From: Takakia lepidozioides
Lineage: Eukaryota > Plantae > Bryophyta
DNA length: 64,000 nt
Assembly: GCA_030704615.1 (NCBI GenBank)
Contig: CM060734.1
Location: forward strand, 9,982,001 to 10,046,000
Direction: 5' to 3'
Below, one piece after another: positions 39,388 to 52,700 of this stretch (position 1 is the stretch's first letter; each line of letters begins with the position of its first letter). Position numbers and translations under genes: made by a program. The notes under the pieces were generated by a model. It saw only the letters and a list, made by a program, of their open reading frames with translations. It was not told the origin of the DNA and did no database searches.

Positions 39388-42300
39388 AAGCCCTTTGCCT
39401 TGAGGGCAGGGGGTTGGGACGCAGAAGGGTTGCCCCTGTGGTAGGGGCGGTGGCAGCAATAGGTACCCTTGAGTGCCCAAGGCACTCAAGGAGGCGGAGG
39501 CGCTCACTAGGTGGAGCCCCGCACACCGGGTTGCGGTGGGGGTGGCTCCACAAGGGGTGGAGGTAGCTTAGTGGGACTAAGTGGGGGAGGGCGTCCGAAA
39601 TCGGAAGGCACTCAATACCTGGCTCTTGGAGCAAGAGCAGTACTTCCGGGCGGCCAAGTTGAGTGACAAGGATCGGGTGGAAGTGGCTCCCACCTATTTG
39701 AGGGGCTATGCTCAACAATGGTGGCAGAAATGCCTTCACGACCGAGGTCCAAACTCGGAAACCTTGAACTGGAGTGGGTTCAAGGAACTGATGAAGAGAC
39801 AGTTTGTGCCCCTCAACGCGTCCTGGCTCGCCCGGGACAAGATGAGGAATCTGAAGCAAACGGATGACATTCGGGGATATGTTCAGGCTTGCAATGTGCT
39901 GTTGCTCGAAGTCGTGGACATGGCAGAACCAGAAATGGTCTTCAACTTTGTGGCGGGACTGGCCCCATGGGCCAGGCGGAAGTTGGAGGAGAAGCCACCT
40001 AAGACTTTGAACGAGGCAATTGAGAGGGCTGAATGTTTCTCGGATGTCCCTAGGGGCGAAAGACAAGGCTGTACGGAGCTGAACCACAAGAAGACCCGGC
40101 GGGAGGGTGACTCATTTCGACCGGAAAAGAAGTGGGATAGGCCACGCGGCGACAATGGCACGTGGAAATTGAAGGGAGGGCCTTCACACGCCAAGACATC
40201 TCATCCTTCCGGTAAGCCTTCCGGATCTTCCTTTGGAGTGCCGTCTCGCCCCTGTACACCAACATGAGTTGCTGCTTTCTACTTAAAGCATTGGCCACCA
40301 TATTATCCCGTCCCGGTTTGTACTGGATATCCACGTCGAACACCGCCAAAGTATCTTGCCATCTAAGTTGTTTTGGGGACAACTTAGGCTGTGTGGCAAA
40401 ATACTTCACCGTGACATTGTCCGTGAACACCTTCACCGGGTTCGAACCAACATAGTGGCGCCAAAGCTCAAAGCAATGCACCACCACCTTCATTTCCTTC
40501 TCATGCGTAGGCCACCATCGCTCTACTTCATTCAGTTTTTTACTTTCGTAAGCCACTGGACGTCCATCCTGCATGAGTACACCCCCTATAGCGAAGTCCG
40601 ACGCATCCGTATGAATCTCAAAGGGACGGTCGAACTCCGGGATTTTGAGGACCGGAGCTTCCGCCATCCGTTGCTTCAACCCGGCAAAAGCTTGACCACA
40701 AAAGGTGTTCCATACCCAGACTTTGGATTTACACAGAAGGTCTGACAACGGCCCCTCCATCTTGGCGAAATTTCTCACATACTTTCGGTAATAGGAAGCG
40801 AGTCCTAGGAAGGATCGAACTCCCGGGACTGAAGTCGGAGGCTCCCAGTCCAAGATCGCCCTCACCTTTCTGTCATCCATTTTGATCCCATCATGTGTAA
40901 TCACATGCCTTAGGAACTCCACTTTTGTGACCCCAAATTCGCACTTTGAAGCTTTGGCATACAGCTTCCCTTCCCGCAATTTCTGGAATACCCTTTTGAG
41001 GTGCTCCAGGTGCTCTTCATTTGTTTTCGAGTACACCAAGATATCGTCGATATACATGATCACAAAGTCATCCAGCCACTCCTGGAAAAGGCTGTTCATT
41101 AACATACTAAAGGTCGCGGGTGCGTTGGTGAGTCCAAAAGGCATCACCAAGAACTCATACGAACAATATCTTGTCTTGCACGCGGTTTTCTCCTCATCTC
41201 CTTCCGCCACTCGGATTTGATGGTAGCCGGAGCGCAAATCGATCCGGCTGAAATACTTTGCTCTTGCCAACCGATCGAAGAGGGCGTCGATTCTTGGCAA
41301 AGGGTACCGGTTCTTGATAGTCACCTTATTCAGAGCCCTGTAGTCGACACACATCCGCAGTGTCCCATCCTTCTTGTCTGCGAATAGCATCGGGGCTCCG
41401 TAAGGTGACTTACTTGGCCAGATGTCCCCATTTGACATTAGATCCTTGAGCTGAGTCTTCAGCTCGACCAACTCTCTGTGGCTCAACCGGTAGGGCGCCT
41501 TGGCAGGCGGCTCCAATCCCGGTATCACTTCAATCTTGTGGTCAACTCCCCTTTGCGGTGGCAAGCCGTTTGGCAAATCCTCCGGCATCACATCCTGGTA
41601 TTTCTCCAAAATCCCCTTGATCCAATTTGGGCTCGGCTCCCCATCGCCTTCTCCCTTCACTTGTCTTACATAAAGCAAAAACTGGGGCTCGTGTGACTCT
41701 TCCACGGTCCACTTCTTTGCTGACAACAGGTTTATTCGCCCTCCCACTGGGTTGGGCGTTTCCGACACTCTTAAAACTTCGCCACCATTCCCACATGATA
41801 GCATGACTATTCTCTTGCGGCCATCTATAACCGCTCCGGATTTGCTCAAAAAGGTCATCCCCAAAATGAGATCCACTCCATCGATCTCACAAATGGTGAA
41901 GTTCTCACGTCCCTCCCAATTCCCGAGCTGAAGTGGGACATCGAACGCCAACCTCGTCGCCAATTGTGGTTCTCCTTTAGCAGAATGCACCTCAATAGAG
42001 GCCCCCACATCACTTGTCGGGATTCCCAGCTTCCGTGCCGTTGCCAGTGTCATGAAGGAGTGCGACGCTCCTGTGTCCACCAACAACGACATGTTAGTTC
42101 CGGAAATATCCCACTCACGAACAATAACTGACTCCCTTTACGCAGGGCGCCAGTTTCTTGATACAACTCACAAGAGTTGTTGCCTACCTTGCAAGTCTTG
42201 GCGACCACCGTATCCACCAAGCGGCTGATGGAATCTTCCGACAACTTTGTGGTCGCCCGAGTCATGTTCAATTGTCGGGGATTTGCGCACTTCTTAGGCA

Positions 42301-45300
42301 TGTGTCCATGATACGGGACTTGAGGATGGGGGTTAAATCGCAATTCCATTTGCAAAATGGACTGCTCCGGTATAAGCAAAACCGCCTCTACGTGTCGAAG
42401 GGAGGGATCAGAGATAGTCTCTTGAGGAAATGCTATGATGGCCCACTTGCGGGCCACGGCAGAGCCAAGCGCACCGTGGCACTCTTGAAGAAAGAGTATT
42501 TTTGGCCCAAACTGAGGGAGGATGCCAAGGAGTATGTCAAGACATGCACCATGTGCTAACAAAACCGGAGCGAGTACAAAAAGCAAGCGGGGCTGTTACA
42601 ACCCTTGCCGATTCCAGAAAGGTCTTGGGAAAGTGTTTCGATGGATTTCATGACTGCTATGCCGCTGTCAAAAGGATTCGATACAATCATGGTGGTGGAG
42701 GATAGGTTCAGTAAAATGGGCCATTTCATCACCACCAAGGAGACGGCAACGGCGCAGGAGACGGGGCGACTTTACTTCGCCCACATTTGCATCATGGACT
42801 CCCGAAGGATATTGTCTCGGATCGCGATCCAAAGTTTACAAATAAAAATTGGAGGGCACTTTGGAAGAAAATGGGGACGAGGCTCAAGATGAGCACGACC
42901 TTCCGACCTACAACGGACGGCCAAACGGAAAGAGTGAATTCCGTGGTGAAGCAGATCTTGCGGAATTATGTGTCGGCAGACCAGTCAGATTGGGTGGAGC
43001 ACTTGGATGCGGCAGAGTTCTGTTATAATAACACAAAACACTCCGCAACGGGAGTTTTCCCTTTCGTATTGGTCTATGGAAAATCACCTCTGGTGCCGAC
43101 AAGTTGGGCCGCCCAGGACATTGAGGAACCGGCAGCAGCAGCGGTGCTGGAAGAACGCGAACGTTTGTTAGAGCTCGCAAAATACAACATTGCCAAAGCT
43201 AAGAAACGGTATGAACGGCAGGCGAATCGGAAGCGGAGGGAAGTTAAGTTTGAGGCAGGCACGGAGGTCTGGTTGAACATCAAGAATTTTTTACTACCTC
43301 CGGAAGTGAGTCCAAAGTTCGTACCTCCGTATGCAGGCCCCTTTCACATCCGGAAGGTTATGAATGAGGATGTGTATGAATTGGAGCTGCCGGCAAACAG
43401 CAAGGTGCATCCGGTATTCCACGTCTCCCTTTTGAAGCCGTACTTCAAAGATGAAGCGCGTCCGAATCGGCATCAAGTGTTGCGTCCGCCACCTGTGCTG
43501 TTGGATCATGAAAATGAACCTGAGTACGAGGTGGAGGAAGTGCTTAAGTCGAGGAGGTTCAAGAATCGAGAAACGGAGTATCTCGTGAAATGGAAGGGCT
43601 ATCATCATGTGGAGGCATCTTGGGTGCGTGCCTCAGAAATGGGAAACGCATCCGAGGCGGTTGCAGCTTTCGAAGGGTGACCTCAAAAGCGGAAGAAGCG
43701 TTGATGGGGACATCAACCTTGGATCGTGGGGGAGAAAATGCATGCTTAGTCCGGCTTAGCTAGCTCAGGAATCCGATTGCAAAAACTTGTGTTGTACAAA
43801 TTTTGTTTATAAATGAAATGGTTTTCAAATGTAGTGCGTCCTATTTTGTTTGGAATGGTGATGCATGGTATGGTTGGCTAGTGTGTAGAATGGATGCTAG
43901 CTTACAAAAGTGGGAGAGGTAAATTGGATTGATCGTGTGTTTGTGCAGTGCCGAAATCGGGTGACTCCCATCCAAGGGACAAGGAAACTTGCGTCTACTT
44001 TGGGAGTTCACGTGCTAGTGCACACCTGGCGCGTGCGCGTACTATAACTGCGCTATCGAGGGGGTTGTCTTGTAGTGCGGGCTAACGCGGAAGCTACATG
44101 CTTCCGTTCACGTACTATAATCGTGTAGCCTCGGGACGAAGTCGTAGTGCGGCTTCGGCGTGTTCCCGTACCTCAGGCCAGCATTCCAAGGCGGACCCAA
44201 TTGTAGTGATTGGGGCGCACGGTTGGTTCAAGGTTATCTTCCTAGTAAAAAACAGTTCAAGGTGAACCCTTGCTCAAGGTGATGCCAAAAGCGGCATCAT
44301 GAGCGGTCGCAAGCAATGTTGTTGCAGTAAGGCGATTCGATCCTCGGGGATGATCGTTCCTTGCCCTTGAAGTAGGCCAAGAAGAGTGCACTGGGAGGAG
44401 CTTGTGTGGCTCCACCCTTGGCCGGGACTTGGAGGAAGTCGGCCGAACTAGCTAGTGGAGAGTAGAGTCAAGTGTGGGGTTTGATTCTTTGTCATGGGAC
44501 GCCATGGTGCGGAAACAAACTCCTTGATGTGGGACGCCACAACTTGGATGTTCGTTTCTACAAAATGGACAAGTCGATGAGGATATCGACTCCCTGTTGG
44601 TAGGGGTGTGTATCGCGGCCGTTTGCCTTGAGGGCAGGGGGTCAGGACGAAGAGGGGCTGCCCCTGTGGTGGGGGCGGTGGCAGCAATAGGTACGGGGGG
44701 CTGAAGTACCCTCGAGTGCCCAAGGCACTCAAGGAGGCGGAGGCGCTTACTAGGTGGAGCCCCGCACACCGGGTTGCGGTGGGGGTGGCTCCACAAGGGG
44801 TGGAGGTAGCTTAGTGGGACTTAGTGGGGTTGCATAGGACTCACCATTGGGCGGAGACCTTGTGGTGGGAGTTGTGGGGAGTCTTGGGACTCACCACGGT
44901 CCAATGGGGCTGTGGTGGGTGGGCCAAGACTCACCGCGACTCATCACCGGGAATCGAGGGTCTTCGTGGTGGTTCGCCATAAAATGGCATGGTTGTTTGT
45001 GAAACCCCCGCGGACAGTCAGAGAAGTATATATAGGGAGTAGTAATCCCGAGAACGGTGCAAGCCCGTTGGTGACCAAAAACTAGTGAGTAAGCATGCGA
45101 GCCAGAAAGCGACCAAGGAGTGGGGAGCTATTCCAGACTGCCATCTACCAAAGGGAATTTCCTTTAGGCCCAAATTGGTGGAGGGCTGTCGGGGGAGAAA
45201 ATGGGGGACCGTTATGTCCCAGTGGGTAGCCGAAGCTCCAAGTTGCCCGGCGGCCAGGTTGGGAGTTAGGCACGCGCATCAAAGCGAGTAACTATGACTT

Positions 45301-45333
45301 GAAGGGGAGCTTACCGAAGTGAGGTGCGCGATA
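39388..45333 (+). mobile_element. Rearranged chromovirus copy: partial 5' LTR fused to gag, inverted PR-RT-RH block (40196-42307), integrase-chromodomain, 3' LTR 44611-45333
   Basis: gag and integrase on +, 680-aa PR/RT/RH ORF on -; compared with the copy at 55406-62256. Confidence 0.92.
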
Positions 45334-45449
45334 CTATGTTAGGAACCTAGTATTCCAAACCATAAGCCGCAACAGGATCTCTACCCGGTTACCTTGTGGA
45401 AAGGGGATTAGGGACATATTCATGACCGGTTGAGTGTTAGTTTGTCAAC

Positions 45450-46780
45450 ACGGAGGTGCCACTAGTTGCTGGGGAGAGTGTCGGTTCGAGCACTAGCGAT
45501 ACTAGTGGGTACACGAGATGAGGTGTGCGGTTTAGGCCACCTTCACCTCATGTGTCTTCCAACGAAGGTTTTGATTCATACTCTGAATAAGGAGGGTTCA
45601 CGCTGACGGTGCAAGTTACTTCCTTGCCATTGTTGTGGGATACAATGGAGGAGATGTATGGAGCTACGAAGGGGCCACGGAGGTACTCTGGAGCAGTGAG
45701 CACCATTGAGCTAGACGAATTTATCCAAGAGTTTGATAGTTGGTGTGACTTGCAGCAAATGCGCAATCCACAACTGTTTATGTCTTTCATGGCATGGAAG
45801 GGACTGTTTCAGTACCTTGAGGGGCCGCCCATGGATGATTACCATGAATTTAAGCGGGGGCATGAGGTTGAGATCGAGGAGTGGATGATGTACTGGTCAC
45901 CCGACTATGTCTCCATCATTAAAGGCACAAGGGCAGTAGCTACACCGGCAGCTACACCGGCAGCTTCAACAAGCAGCAGTGGGACTAGTGGTATCGTAGC
46001 TACGACGTCCATCCAAGCCACTGCCGCACCAGCACCAGTACCCGTGTCTGCCTTCAATCCTTCTTCGAAGAGTTGAGAGGAAATTACCAAGGGGTGAGGA
46101 CAGAGAAGTTGCGAAGCTTGCAAAAGTTCCAATGGAAGCATACTGAGAGCTTGAGGGAGGCTTTCACTCGCATGAGGCGCTTGATAAATGTAACCCAAGG
46201 GGTTACGGAAACTCAGGCAGTCCAATTCTGGTATGGGATATTGGACAAGGAGCTGAGGAGAAGGATGCGGGATGCGACTTTCCTACAAGCGGCCCAACCC
46301 ACCTCGCAAATGTGGTTTTTGCTGGCACAGAGCGGGAGATAGAGCTCAACATGGTGGAGAAAAGAACGAGTGGTTATGGGTGGGATTGACTAAGAGACAC
46401 CAAAGGGGTAGTGATGCTCCTAACAAACCACTACACCAACGTGCTCAAAGCAACAAGGGGGCTTAGGCGAAGCCTAGGGAAAGACATAAAGATCTCAAAT
46501 GCAGGGATCTCTCCCTTCATTTGCAGGCCAGCAATAAGCGGGTGTAGTGTGTTGGACATGTGGAGGACCCCATGTCAAGAAGGATTGCCCAGAGGGAAAC
46601 AAAGGCCAGCACAGACACAACCAACACAGTTGCAGTGTGGGCATTGTGGCAAGTATGGGCATGGAAAAATCCAATGTTATGACTTGCACCCTAAGCTACG
46701 GCCAGGCCAGTTCCAACGTCCGGAACAATGGTGGCCGGAGGCGAGGAATTACTTGCAACACGGTGATTTCATCTCTGAAG
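45450..46780 (+). mobile_element. Non-chromovirus Gypsy 5' internal region with frameshifted gag
   Basis: LTR-like end TGTCAACA (45450) then PBS-like GGTGCC..GTTGCTGGGGA; gag LDEFIQEFDSWC; zinc knuckles CWTCGGPHVKKDC and CGHCGKYGHGKIQC. Confidence 0.7.
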
Positions 46781-46789
46781 CTGAAGATC

Positions 46790-49700
46790 GAATGTCAAGG
46801 TTCATCTTACTCGTAACCAGCATCGCCTCTGCTTCTAACAACTAAGAGCTCCACAGTGCTCCTTGCATAACAACCTGGTTTCTCTTATTTTCAAGCAAAA
46901 GCCACAAGTGCTACAACTAACTCATATCTGGCACTCACAGATACGAGCTCATATTTTTCGAGTGATAAATAAGAAAAATACAAGCTCTCTCGAGCTCACA
47001 AACTTTACACATAAAATCATCATTCATATAAAGTCAAGCCAAGTACACCCCATGCTATGGGGAATCCATACTACGACGCCATAGCTAAGCGCGGTGAGAC
47101 TCAACCGTGCTTGCCGTGAAGATAACCACTCCAAGGCCCAAATCTGCCTTGACCCCTGGATTGACACTTGGGCCGGTCCCAAATGTCAATATGTAAAAGC
47201 TAACTATTTCCTAACTAGTTTCACACTAGTGGTGAAATAACTTGACACCCCCAATACTGCAATACAATATAGCTACCAAACATACCACTGATCAGCCCTG
47301 GTGGACTGCCAAGCCTCAAGACCTCACCACACCCTTGGAAACTCTACACCAATCTGCCCCCTAGCGCAGCCTGTCATACCCGCCTCCTGCATGTCACAAC
47401 AAGCAATCCCCCAACACCCCATGCTACAGTTCCCACTCTACCCCCACTTCACGAATCGTACAACCAGATCCAGCCTGCCTTCTTATCTCATAGCCACTTA
47501 CTACACCCCTTCCATGGATACCCACTCCTATGACAGCAACAAGAACCCCATCAAAGACAATTCTCTTTCCACCATTAAACATCCGATCCACATCTATACA
47601 TACCCACACTCCACCCAACCCAGTCCACATCCGTATCCTACCCTAGGCCCTAGGTGGCTTAACATCCAAACACCACACTATCTCCCCCACATTGATTATA
47701 AACTTCTCTGCCAAAATCCAAGCCTCATTAACGGTCAATGTCAGGGGAACTACTTCCCTCTGTTCCCTACCTTAAAAAACAACAGCTTCTGTCCCATCCC
47801 ATCAAAGCCCCACCCCGACACCACTTGCTCACCCCTTTTTCCCCGCCACCGGTACATTACGAAGCAACCGCACCACAACCCAAACCCACAATCCTTAATG
47901 GCATCCTGCTATGCACCATAACAAATCCGCCGCTCGGCAATCACACCAGGCCCCCCACAGTTATGGACTCCTCCTCTCCGCGTTGCACAATCATACCCAG
48001 CCGCCACTTCACTGCTACTCAAAATTCCAGCCTCTATAGATACACCATACCAGCCAACACCCACCACAGTCTCTCCCTTAGCTGCCACCCTCACAGTCGC
48101 TCCCACCTCGCAACAGCTTCTCCTCTGCATTCCAATCATCCCTCCAGCTCCACATCAGTCTCTCCCCCCGCCTTCACACCTTCACAGACTCAGTCTGCTC
48201 ACCACTCTCTCAATCACTCCCAACACTTCCTCTCCAAAACTTCCCACCTCACACCCTCTCACTCCACTCCCCTACGCATGACTAGCTCACGCTTAGATAG
48301 CATACATGAGAGGTCCATCACCTACCATAAACAGTCTCGCCCCATTGACAAACGAATCCACAGTCGGAATTCTCCTTCCAACTCGAGTCGTGCCCAGAGC
48401 CTCTCGATCAAAATGCAGCAACATCTTGACGAAGACGTCAGCAAGATGCACCTCTCGGATAAGCAATTCTTCGCCAACGCTGAAGTCTACAAGACGAGAT
48501 CAACACAGAAAGGAGCGTCATCCCACAATGAATGCCTCTGGCCATCATAACACCACAACTGGTCCAAGAAGTCCTTCCCACCGATTAGCACTATGCGTCC
48601 CGGCACAGCACACCATCAGCCCGCGACACAAGCGTCCCTCGAGAAACACCAACAATGAGGCGGGCAGCACCCACTCGGATCCAAAAAAATCAAGAGGAGC
48701 ATCCCCCCCAGGACCTGCTCAACTCATTGAAATCGCAAGTCAACCACGAGGCCCCTTCCTATGGATGGGATACCATGCGATGGAGCAATACGCAATCGAC
48801 ACTAAACTCCGCCACATTACAAAAACTCGCTCCACAACGGTACTTCAAGCCATGGGTCTTCAAAACTTGGAAATATACAAAATGCGCCATTGTCTCAAGG
48901 CCTACCCCCACGTCCCCCAACTTCTCTTTCCTGCAAAACGCTCGGATGGACGGGAGGGGCAACTATACCCTCTCACCCAGCTTCCAAAAGGGACTCCAAT
49001 CGACTCGGCCTCTGGCCTCTCCGCAACACCATACCACATGATCATGGTACGTTTTGACTCTGACACAGACATGCCCAAGGAGCAAGCCCTTTACAGAGCA
49101 TGCAAAAGATTCGAAGACATGAAAATACCGCTTGGCGACATCCTGTATGCTCCCATCACAGCCTACACCAAGCATGCAAGCAAGCTCTGGTCAGGGCTAT
49201 TGAAAGTTCCTCCATCCGGCCATCAATGGACTTGCTCTCCTGTGTGGCGACCGCGCCTTTGTCATGGAGATGGCAACCGGGGTGCAAGTTCAAGGCAAAA
49301 TTGAAAAGGCATTCGATTTACCTGCGTCACCCAAATACCTCTCTCTCTACCTTACCAGCGAATCTCTACTGGGCACTCTTGGACACAAGCTCACCAGACA
49401 TTTCATACAAGAGACTTACAAGCACGGAGATGAGTTCGAAATTCTCCACGTTCAAAAGCCAGGCCCGGAGAAAAAATTCTGCTTCCTCTACTTGGCTTCA
49501 GAAGATACCAAACATTGACTGCTCGTACATGGAGTCCGCATCAACGACAACCTCATCAAACCTCAGTTACGAATCAAACGGGCGAGCATGACAGGATGCA
49601 CAGTCAGACGCCAACTGCGGATGCTTTCCACAGTCTATTTGGCAAAGACAACATCGCCTAGCTACATTTCAACAAAGTCGCACTAACAGAAAACACCAAG

Positions 49701-52700
49701 CATACGGGTATGGTCCTAATCACATGCAAAAACCCTAGCATCTACACCCAGTGGTGCCACAAGCCCGACATTTTGGTTATTGACAGGCGAATCAAGTTTG
49801 AGCCCCACGCTCACAGCCTCAACGGCATCGCTCCACCGGCTAAGGAAATTCTAGATCGCCTGCGGGTTGCTAACATCAACCAGGCGCTCGCCGACACAGT
49901 TAACTCCATCACCATCCAGCCCAGCTCGGGCTCCAATCGCAACCATGAGCTCATGATGTCCGAGATCGACAAACGACTTGCGGACCACGCCATCACTATC
50001 CGCTGAGATATCAGAGGTGACATTTCAGCGCTGGAGACCAGGGTGGCCACCACCATTCAAACACACAGGAAATTCACCACACTTATTTGATTTCTCTGCA
50101 GGAGTCAATTGCACAGAACCTGGGAGCAAACTTGGCTAGTTTCTACAACCATGCCAACACGCTGTTGACCAAGCTACCTCCCCCTGCTAGTGTACCTACT
50201 CCCGCTGCAGGATACGAGGCAACCAATGAAGGGACTGTCGCCCATCCAGGACGCTACCCGTCAGCTCCCGTAGTTGAGCTCCAGCACATATCTCCTCCGA
50301 AATTCAACATAGCTGATTCTCCTCTGGCCCAGGCAGCCGCAGGCCCAACCATAAGCTGTTAGCCATGCCAGGCCACCACCCACGCATCACCAACGCCCCT
50401 GTACAGGGCCCTACTGCAGCAGCAAACAACGTCCCCAATGAGTGATCACGCAGCGCAATCGTCGACACCACACCAGGGACAACACCAACCTGTTTCGCCA
50501 ACCCACCACACTTCTTCATTTACACTTAGCACATGGATTGTTACTCTTTTCCTTGCTACTCTATGCATCTGCCATGTACACCTTTTTTCTTTAATGAAAC
50601 TCCACCACTTTACAGCTAACACACGGAGCTCCTCTGATATCACAGTACTCTACGCTCATACATCACGCACTTGGCCCCACTCCGCCCACCCTGCTCACCT
50701 TGCTTACTCCTCGAGTACCTGCTCGCTCAACCTGCACTGTACACCTTCAAGCTCGAGAGTCTCAGCCTTCCCCCGACACTACAAAACGGCTCTTCCCCCC
50801 TGGTACCAAGGTCCCACTCCCCCCAATCATGCGCTCGCACCACCAGCCATCCCACTACGCCACATAACCCCCCCCACAGGATGGTAAAGTCAAACCCCGC
50901 CACATGGCAACACCCGCCAGGCCCACCCCCCCTCATAACAAAAACACCCCGTACCAACCCTCGTCTCTGAACAACGCCTGACCCCCCTAGATCACTACGT
51001 ACCACTCAGCATACGCAAGCAAAAATATCCTCTACCCCCCAATACAAGCCATACCCAAGTTGCAAGGGAGCGCCTAGGGAATTCCAAAAAGGCCTCGATG
51101 TGAAATGCATCGCAATTCACTTGATCACCCCCTAAAAGTGCGCAATTCAATTCAATTGCAAGGGCAATTCAATTGAACTAACCCTAATTTGCAATTCAAT
51201 TGAATTGTCGGCACACGAATTGTCAACTCGTAATTCAATTGAATTGCAGTCAACAATTCAATTCAATTGTCAACTCGCAATTCAATTGAATCGCTAGTTG
51301 GCAATTCAATTGAATTGCTGACTACAATTCAATTGAATTGTAATCTATAATTTTTAAATTATTTTTGTATATAATATATATGTACATGTATATATTCAAA
51401 TTATATTTATACACATATAAGAGTATAAGCTAAAAATACATGTTGCCCGTCTATTCTTGCTGGCCCTCTTTCTTGTGCCCTTGAGGAAATTGTGGAGTTG
51501 TGAAGCCACCTCAGCGAGAAAGGGAGAGCCAGAGACGGAGACAAATCAGCAGCTTCCTGTGATTCACTGGCAAAAGAAACATGGCTGGCTCCGAAAAAAA
51601 CAGACAAAATCAAACCTGACAATTGATGAAAGGCTTCCCCTGCATCACCATGTAGTCCCCTAACACTAGTATCTGGCCCAGGACAAAGAAAACAAAAAAT
51701 ATGTTCATCTTGAGAATTATCAAAAATTTCGATACCCTTACAAAGGTATCATGTTGAAGTTGGGATGTGTGTTCTATAAAGTTTAATATATCAAACTCTT
51801 ACACGTTGATACTCTTACATTGGTATCATGTTTGGTATATGTACATAGCCATATATTGGCACCAACATCCACAAAGAGAGACAATCCCGCTTTTATAAGC
51901 GCTTCGTGACTTTCTCTCTCTCTCTCCCTCTCTCGCTCTCTCTTAGGTTTATCTTGGGCTCAAGCCTTACCACGGGCAAAGGATTGACAGACGGACAGCA
52001 AGAATACACGGGCAACATATATTTTTATCTTATACCTGTGTATGTATATATGTATAATTTAAATATATACATACATACATACATATATATATAATATACA
52101 GAAATAAGTTAAAAATTATAGATTACTATTCAATTGAATTGCCAACTAGCGATTCAATTGAATTGCGAGTTGACAATTCAATTGAATTGCAAATTAGGGT
52201 TAGTTCAATTGAATTGCCCTTGCAATTCAATTGAATTGCACACTTTTAGGGGGTGATCAAGTGAATTGTGTTGCATTGCACATCAAGGCCTTTTTGGAAT
52301 TCCCTAAGCGCCACATCACGCAGCACCTACACATATGCCCACCCAGCCATCCTCAAATTTAGCCCAAAAACCAACACATGCGCCCCTGCCACATACACAC
52401 ACTCACATCTACGGCTACCTGCCCCCTACCCAGGGGCCCTCTCAAATTTAGCTGATACGTCTGAATATTTTGTTTTCCTCCCACCCAAGCTACACTGCAC
52501 TTCCCCCTACCATCTACCCTATGCTACCTCTATGCCCTACGTTGCCATTAACACCATCATCTACCCATGCTGCCTCCTACGGCTTCTTCCACCACCTCTA
52601 AGCACTTATACCCGTCAACCACCACCCACTTTTCATCCTCCATACATCCCATGTACATTCATCCAACGACCACCCTACACCCGCCACCTCCCCACCATAC

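Noticed and set aside
51142-51340. CRISPR-like repeat-spacer look of the palindrome arrays
   Set aside because: Spacers are only about 8 bp, the arrays are mirrored inside TIRs, the context is eukaryotic and no cas genes are present.
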